From a candidate division FCPU426 bacterium (GTDB lineage: Bacteria > Oederibacteriota > JAUXIB01): DNA of 64,000 bases. The stretch lies in contig JAUXIB010000001.1 of assembly GCA_030621225.1 (NCBI GenBank), forward strand, positions 1,253 to 65,252. Direction: 5' to 3'. The position numbers and the translations under genes were made by a program. Positions within the stretch are counted from its first letter, which is position 1. Every line of letters begins with the position of its first letter. The notes beneath the pieces are model-generated. The model was not told where the DNA came from. It saw only the letters and a program-made list of their open reading frames with translations, and did no database searches. This document shows positions 58,240 through 64,000 of the stretch, one piece after another.

Positions 58240-59760
58240 ATGCCAAACACCCGCGACCGTTGGAATTCACAGGTCGGTTTTCTTTTTGCCGCAGTCGGTT
58301 CAGCCATTGGCCTGGGCAATATCTGGCGTTTTAGTTATATGTGCCACGATAACGGGGGCGGGGCTTTCTTGGTGCCATACTTTGTCGCTCTGCTTGCCGC
58401 CGGTATTCCCCTGATGCTTTTAGAATATGGGTTTGGGCATTCGCGGGCGGGCTCGGCTCCGTTGTCCTTCGCAAAAGTAGGTCAAAAAAGCGAGGTGCTC
58501 GGCTGGTTTATGCCGGTAATGGTGATGTTCGTGATCATGCTCTACTACTCGGTGGTTATTGCTTGGTGTCTCAACTACCTTGTGTTTAGTTTTGACTTGA
58601 GCTGGGGAGCGGATACCGAGAGTTTTTTCTATAATAATTTTCTCAAGTTGAGCGAGGGGCCCGGTCAGTTGGGAGACGTTCGTCTGCCAATTTTACTTTC
58701 CTCATTGGTTGTTTGGTTTATTATTTGGATTATCTGTTTTAAAAAAGTAAGCCATGGCATAGAACGAGCCTGCAAGATATTTATGCCTACGCTTTTTTTG
58801 CTTACTGCGGTGCTGGTGATTTGGGGACTTCAGTTAGATGGCGCTACCGAAGGGCTGAGATATTATCTGCGACCTGACTGGAGTAGGCTCAAAGAGTGGA
58901 AGGTATGGAACGATGCTTTTGGGCAGATGTTTTTTTCGCTTTCGTTAGGTTTTGGCATTATGATCGCTTATGCTAGCTACCTGCCCAAAAGGGCTAACAT
59001 CGTGGGGAACGCTTATTTGACGAGCGTAATTAACTGCGGCTACTCGTTTTTTGCCGGGTTCGCTGTTTTTAGCGTACTTGGCTATATGGCCCAGGTTAGC
59101 GGTGTGCCGATAAAGGATGTGGTCGCCGGAGGCCCCGGACTTGCTTTTGTCGTTTATCCCCGCGCCATCAGTCTACTACCCGCGTTCAATTCGTTGTTCG
59201 GCGTCTTGTTTTTCTTGATCCTGGTGATCGCCGGTATTTCTTCCGGCATTTCTATAATCGAGGCGTTGGGCAGTGCTATCCAGGATAAGTTTTCGATAAA
59301 CCGGTTTCGGGTAATAACACTCCTCTGTGTGACCGGTTTTTTGGGGAGTTTACTTTTTTGTCTGCAAGGAGGGCTTTATTGGTTGGATATTTTGGATCAC
59401 TACTCTAACAATTATGGTCTGGTAGCTGCCGGTTTCCTTGAATGTCTGATAGTGGGTTGGGCCGTGAAGACACACCTGCTGCGCAAGCATATCAATGATT
59501 CGTCTACTTTGAAGATAAACCGCATTTGGGATTTTTCTATTAAAGTTATCACGCCGCTTATCCTCGGTTCGTTCCTGGTGGGTGCGCTATACCACGAATT
59601 TGCCGAGCGTTACGAGGGATACGCCATCAAGTATCTGGTGATCGGCGCGGGGTGGCTCCTGTTCTTATTGGCGGCGGCTGTTTTTATAAGCCGTTTGCCC
59701 TGGCGGGCAGGAAGTCTCAAACGTGAACACTCGTCACGTGGCGGCAAGCTACTAACATGA
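58240..59760 (+). CDS. Sodium-dependent transporter of the NSS/SNF family.
   Basis: NSS signature GFLFAAVGSAIGLGNIWRFSY. Confidence 0.8.
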   Translation: MPNTRDRWNSQVGFLFAAVGSAIGLGNIWRFSYMCHDNGGGAFLVPYFVALLAAGIPLMLLEYGFGHSRAGSAPLSFAKVGQKSEVLGWFMPVMVMFVIMLYYSVVIAWCLNYLVFSFDLSWGADTESFFYNNFLKLSEGPGQLGDVRLPILLSSLVVWFIIWIICFKKVSHGIERACKIFMPTLFLLTAVLVIWGLQLDGATEGLRYYLRPDWSRLKEWKVWNDAFGQMFFSLSLGFGIMIAYASYLPKRANIVGNAYLTSVINCGYSFFAGFAVFSVLGYMAQVSGVPIKDVVAGGPGLAFVVYPRAISLLPAFNSLFGVLFFLILVIAGISSGISIIEALGSAIQDKFSINRFRVITLLCVTGFLGSLLFCLQGGLYWLDILDHYSNNYGLVAAGFLECLIVGWAVKTHLLRKHINDSSTLKINRIWDFSIKVITPLILGSFLVGALYHEFAERYEGYAIKYLVIGAGWLLFLLAAAVFISRLPWRAGSLKREHSSRGGKLLT

Positions 59761-59814
59761 GTTTATGTCCCGGAAATCGGCTCTCGAGCCCCTGGGGGGA
59801 ATATAATACTGTCC

Positions 59815-62073
59815 GTGACTTCAAAAGCAGAAAAAATTCTCGAAGACCTTAATCCCGAACAACGGCAAGCGGTGCAGCATTTCGAGGGCCCGGCTCTGGT
59901 CCTGGCCGGAGCGGGTAGCGGCAAGACCCGGGTGATCACCTATCGTATTGCTTATCTGATAGGCCGGCACCAGGTGCGGCCGCGGCATATCCTCGCCGTA
60001 ACTTTTACCAACAAGGCGGCGGGGGAGATAAAAGAGCGGGCCGCTAAAATGGTGGGGGAAGGGGGCCGGGCCGCTCATCTGAGTACTTTCCATTCTTTGG
60101 GGGCTTCCATTTTGCGGCAGGAGTGCGAACGTCTAGGTTACCGTCCTGATTTTACCATCTATGATAGCCAAGACAGCCAGCGCTTGATCAAAGAGTGCTT
60201 GCGCGAATTGCACGGGGATAAGGGCGGGGATGAGCCGCGTGCCTACGCCAATGCAATTGATGGCGCCAAAAATGAGAATATGCCTCCGGAAAAATATCAG
60301 CGCTTGGCCAGGGACTATTTCACTCGGCGCGTTGCCGGAGTCTACGGACTATACCAGAACAAGCTGCGTGCTAACAACGCTTTCGATTTTGGCGATCTGG
60401 TGATGATGACCGCGGAGCTCTTTCACAGTCAGGCGGAAGTGTTGGCTGCCTACCGCGAGCGCTTTCGTTATATCTTGATAGACGAATACCAGGACATCAA
60501 CCAGGCCCAGTACCAGATGATGCGACTGCTTTGTGGGGAGGGCAATAATATTTATGTGGTTGGCGATCCGGACCAGTCCATCTACGCCTGGCGCGGCGCC
60601 GATGTGCGTAATATTTTAAATTTCCAAGATGATTTCTCCGGCGCGGCTGTCTACCGCCTGGAGAATAACTACCGCTCCAGTGGCAATATCCTTGAGGCGG
60701 CCAACAACCTGATCAAGGGCAATAAGGATCGTTTGGAAAAGAAGCTGGTGCCGGTTAAGCAGAGCGGTGAGCTGGTGCGTTTGGCTGCTTTAGCAGACGA
60801 AAAAAAGGAGGCCGACTATATTACACAACGCATCCTCTTTTTGCGTCGTCAAGCTGGGTTCAAAAATTGTGATTTTGTGGTGCTCTACCGAACCAACGCC
60901 CAGTCTCGGGTGCTGGAGGACACTTTTCGCTGGCATAATCTGCCCTATGAGATCGTGGGTGGGATCAAGTTTTACGAGCGCGCGGAGATAAAGGATGTTT
61001 TATCCTATTTGATGTTTCTGGTTAATCCCGATGACTCGTTGAGTTTGCGGCGGGTGATCAACGTGCCGGCGCGTGGCATCGGTGATAGCAGCCTGGACAA
61101 GATAGTGCACTGGGGAGCCGCGCGCCAGCTAAACCTGGCTCGGGCGGTGAGCGAGCTTGCGGGGGCGTATAGCAATACGCCCCTACTGCCGGTCAAGACA
61201 ATGAAGCGGCTGACCGATTTTTTGGAGATGATGGACGAGCTGCGTTCCCGCTTGGCGCATGAAGACGCTTGCGAAATGCTCAAACGGGTGATCGAGAGGA
61301 CAGACTATCTGGACGCACTCAAGAAGCAGGGCAGCGAGGAGTCTCTGGAAAGGGTGGAGAATGTAAAAGAATTAGTTTCAGCGGCGCAGGATTTTGTCAA
61401 GGAGACGGCTGGCGGCAAGGCGCGCGAATTTCTGGAGCGGGTGTCGCTGGTGGCCGATGTTGACCAGTGGGACGATATGGCCAGTAAAGTTACGCTGATG
61501 ACCATGCACAATGCCAAGGGTTTGGAGTTCCCGGTGGTATTCTTGAGCGGCTTGGAGGAGAATCTGATGCCGCACGCTAATTCTTTGGATACCAAAGATG
61601 AGTTGGAAGAGGAAAGACGTTTGATGTACGTGGGGCTGACGCGCGGTATGGAGATGGTTTTTTTGACTCACGCTTGGCGGCGTATGATCTACGGTCGGGA
61701 AAGATACGGTTTTCCCTCTCGGTTTTTAAAGGAGATCCCGGCGAAATTATTGGAGCAGGAGCGGGGGATGGCCGGGGACGTATTGTTACCTACGTCCGAT
61801 GACGATGAGACAAGACGTGTCGGGGGGAAAACGAAGGGGCGAAAAAGCAGCGGCAAACGAGAATCTGTAGGGGCGCGGTTGATCGTGTCCGGGGAAAGAG
61901 AAAAAGCGGACGGTGGCTTGCGGGTCGGGGATAACGTTGAGCATCACAAGTTCGGTCCTGGCATGGTGCTCAGCGTCAGAGGCAAAGGCGCGAAAAAGAT
62001 GTTCGTGGTCTCTTTTTTGGACTACGGGCAGAGGACGTTGTTGGCGTCGGTGGCGAAATTGAAGAAGAAGTAG
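59815..62073 (+). CDS. pcrA: ATP-dependent DNA helicase PcrA/UvrD.
   Basis: Motif I AGAGSGKT, II (ILIDEYQD), and VI (VGLTRG) of SF1 helicases. Confidence 0.85.
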   Translation: MTSKAEKILEDLNPEQRQAVQHFEGPALVLAGAGSGKTRVITYRIAYLIGRHQVRPRHILAVTFTNKAAGEIKERAAKMVGEGGRAAHLSTFHSLGASILRQECERLGYRPDFTIYDSQDSQRLIKECLRELHGDKGGDEPRAYANAIDGAKNENMPPEKYQRLARDYFTRRVAGVYGLYQNKLRANNAFDFGDLVMMTAELFHSQAEVLAAYRERFRYILIDEYQDINQAQYQMMRLLCGEGNNIYVVGDPDQSIYAWRGADVRNILNFQDDFSGAAVYRLENNYRSSGNILEAANNLIKGNKDRLEKKLVPVKQSGELVRLAALADEKKEADYITQRILFLRRQAGFKNCDFVVLYRTNAQSRVLEDTFRWHNLPYEIVGGIKFYERAEIKDVLSYLMFLVNPDDSLSLRRVINVPARGIGDSSLDKIVHWGAARQLNLARAVSELAGAYSNTPLLPVKTMKRLTDFLEMMDELRSRLAHEDACEMLKRVIERTDYLDALKKQGSEESLERVENVKELVSAAQDFVKETAGGKAREFLERVSLVADVDQWDDMASKVTLMTMHNAKGLEFPVVFLSGLEENLMPHANSLDTKDELEEERRLMYVGLTRGMEMVFLTHAWRRMIYGRERYGFPSRFLKEIPAKLLEQERGMAGDVLLPTSDDDETRRVGGKTKGRKSSGKRESVGARLIVSGEREKADGGLRVGDNVEHHKFGPGMVLSVRGKGAKKMFVVSFLDYGQRTLLASVAKLKKK

Positions 62074-62376
62074 TCAGTAGACGATAGGCGGTATGCGAGC
62101 CACAGTACGCCGGAAACAGGAAACCGGATACAGGACACCGGGAGCTTAGCCTGATAATGCGCGCTATACGCTGTGCACGGCACTAGCGACTAGCGACCAG
62201 AGACTAGCGACGATAGCCGATAGACGAGTCCCGAGCCACGAGTATCTAGTCCCGAAAAGCGTGTTAAAACTGATATAATGAAAGCAACTAGATATGCTTG
62301 TCCTCCATAGCTAACGCTTCCAACCATAAAAGTAATATTTATGGAAGCGTTAAGGACGGCGGAAGATACAAAAAAT

Positions 62377-62685
62377 ATGAGTGAAAGTAAAAACAAAAAA
62401 TTATCCCCCGAGCAAGTCGAAAAAATCTCTCACTTGGCGCGGCTTGAGCTCTCCTCGGAGGAGCGGGAGAAGTTTGCCGGCCAGCTGTCTTCTGTTCTCG
62501 ACTATATCGCTAAAATAAGCAAACTTGACCTCAAAAACGTAGAGCCGCTGGCCCATGTTGGCGAGTTGAAGAACGTTTGGCGGGAAGACGAGGTGGAGCG
62601 AACGGATGTCCACGATAAGTTGATGGACCTTGCGCCGGAAGCGAAGCGGGGGCATTTTAGGGTGCCGAGGATTATTGAAGAGTGA
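62377..62685 (+). CDS. gatC: Glutamyl/aspartyl-tRNA amidotransferase subunit C.
   Basis: LSPEQVEKISHLARLELSSEE... Confidence 0.8.
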   Translation: MSESKNKKLSPEQVEKISHLARLELSSEEREKFAGQLSSVLDYIAKISKLDLKNVEPLAHVGELKNVWREDEVERTDVHDKLMDLAPEAKRGHFRVPRIIEE

Positions 62686-62769
62686 AAGGCGGTATCTTGA
62701 ATCTCGTATCTCGCGCTTTCGGAGACAAAACTAGATACCAGATACTAGATACTAGATACGTATCCAAGA

Positions 62770-64000
62770 ATGAGCGAAGCTTTCACATACAGAACAATCT
62801 CTGAGTTGAGTTCTCTCCTCCACAAAAAGGAGACGAGCTCAACGGAGCTTACCGAGCTCTACCTCAGCCGTGCCGAGGCGCTGGCTGAGAAGACGAACTC
62901 GTACATCAAACTGACGAGAGCTGAGGCGTTGAAGGCGGCGGCCGCGGCGGATAAGACGCTCAAGGCGGGCGAAGCCGGTCCGCTATGCGGCGTGCCGCTG
63001 GGCGTCAAAGATATCATCTGCCAGGACGGTGTGGAGATTACCTGCGGCTCGAAGATACTCAAGGGATACGTCCCGCCCTACGACGCCACTGCGGTGGCGA
63101 AGCTGAAACAGGCGGGAGCGGTAATTCTCGGCCGCCTGAACATGGACGAGTTCGCCATGGGTTCCTCCACCGAGAACTCGGCTTTCGGCCCGGTGCATAA
63201 TCCCTGGGATTTAGAATATGTCCCCGGGGGTTCCTCCGGTGGATCCGCCGCCGCCGTGGCTGCGGGGGAAGCGCCGGCAGCGCTGGGTAGTGATACCGGT
63301 GGCTCTATCCGTCAGCCGGCGGCTTTTTGTGGGGTGGTTGGGCTAAAACCGACCTACGGGCGCGTTTCCCGTTACGGCTTGGTGGCGTTCGCCTCATCGC
63401 TTGACCAGATCGGTCCCCTGACCCAGGACGTGCGTGATGCCGCGCTGCTTTTGAATTGCCTCGCCGGTCATGACCGGCGTGACGCTACCTCGTTGGCAGA
63501 AAAAGTCCCCGATTTTACCGCGGCACTGACTGGCGAATTAAAGGGCTTGCGCGCTGGCGTATTGAAACTGGATGGCCTGAGCGGAGTAGACCCTGAGGTG
63601 CTTGTCTCCTTTCGGCAGGCGGTGGAGCTACTGGCCGGGGCGGGGGTGGAGATAAAAGAAATTGAGTTGCCGCATCTTGATTATGGTCTTGCCGCCTATT
63701 ATATTATCGCGCCCTCTGAGGCCAGCTCGAATCTGGCTCGTTATGACGGGGTGCAATACGGGTTACGTTGCCAGGATACGCCGGATGTGGTCGCTATGTA
63801 TAAAGGCACGCGGGGCGAGGGGTTCGGCGACGAAGTAAAAAGACGTATTATGCTCGGCACTTACGCGCTCTCCTCGGGTTATTATGATGCCTATTACCTT
63901 TCAGCGCTCAAGGTGCGACGCTTATTGAAAAACGATTTCGACCAGGTTTTTAGCGGGCTGGATGTTGTTCTCACCCCGACTACGCCTACCGCGGCTTTTA
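62770..64000 (+). CDS. gatA: Glutamyl/aspartyl-tRNA amidotransferase subunit A; the 3' end is beyond the window.
   Basis: Amidase signature GGSSGGSAAAVAAG, and GSDTGGSIRQPAAFCGVVGLKPTYGRVSRYG. No stop occurs before the window end. Confidence 0.85.
   Translation, partial: MSEAFTYRTISELSSLLHKKETSSTELTELYLSRAEALAEKTNSYIKLTRAEALKAAAAADKTLKAGEAGPLCGVPLGVKDIICQDGVEITCGSKILKGYVPPYDATAVAKLKQAGAVILGRLNMDEFAMGSSTENSAFGPVHNPWDLEYVPGGSSGGSAAAVAAGEAPAALGSDTGGSIRQPAAFCGVVGLKPTYGRVSRYGLVAFASSLDQIGPLTQDVRDAALLLNCLAGHDRRDATSLAEKVPDFTAALTGELKGLRAGVLKLDGLSGVDPEVLVSFRQAVELLAGAGVEIKEIELPHLDYGLAAYYIIAPSEASSNLARYDGVQYGLRCQDTPDVVAMYKGTRGEGFGDEVKRRIMLGTYALSSGYYDAYYLSALKVRRLLKNDFDQVFSGLDVVLTPTTPTAAF

Overview
This 64-kb window is a high-GC bacterial chromosomal segment, probably from an uncultivated lineage. 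The CTD-bearing proteins and the PorV-like gene suggest the FCB group or a related candidate phylum. Housekeeping genes are dense throughout: rho, comEC, uppP, xseAB, prfB with its programmed +1 frameshift, aroB, parAB, ispE, pcrA/uvrD, gatC and the start of gatA, a tRNA-Met, and two ECF sigma/anti-sigma pairs.

The central ~17 kb (21.8-39.0 kb) is an accessory island of secreted proteins. It contains a leucine-rich-repeat protein, two tandemly duplicated cassettes of a small secreted protein plus a PQQ-type beta-propeller protein, and a linker-only protein. All of these end in the same ~85-aa C-terminal beta-sandwich sorting domain, which resembles the T9SS type-A CTD or the FlgD-Ig domain and ends in K-[IV]-V-V-[ILV]-K. 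The island begins with an ECF sigma factor and an anti-sigma factor that itself carries this CTD on its extracytoplasmic side. It also encodes a fusion of a PorV-like outer-membrane barrel, an OmpA domain and a beta-helix. I consider this the most novel system in the window.

Other notable elements are:
- an IS1595-family element with 33-bp terminal inverted repeats that carries two passenger genes, one of them a P63C-domain protein;
- a SPASM radical-SAM maturase next to an HhH-GPD glycosylase;
- a possible lipid- or glycan-carrier locus of aroB, an atypical radical SAM, a prenol-kinase/DUF92 fusion, a B12 radical SAM and a GT2 enzyme;
- a ~390-bp noncoding element flanked by terminal inverted repeats;
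- a fragmentary tRNA 3'-end duplicate downstream of tRNA-Met.

Nearly every gene junction carries copies of several short repeat families built from degenerate tandem words. One GC-rich heptamer family, CACGGGA, is also found in frame inside coding regions.
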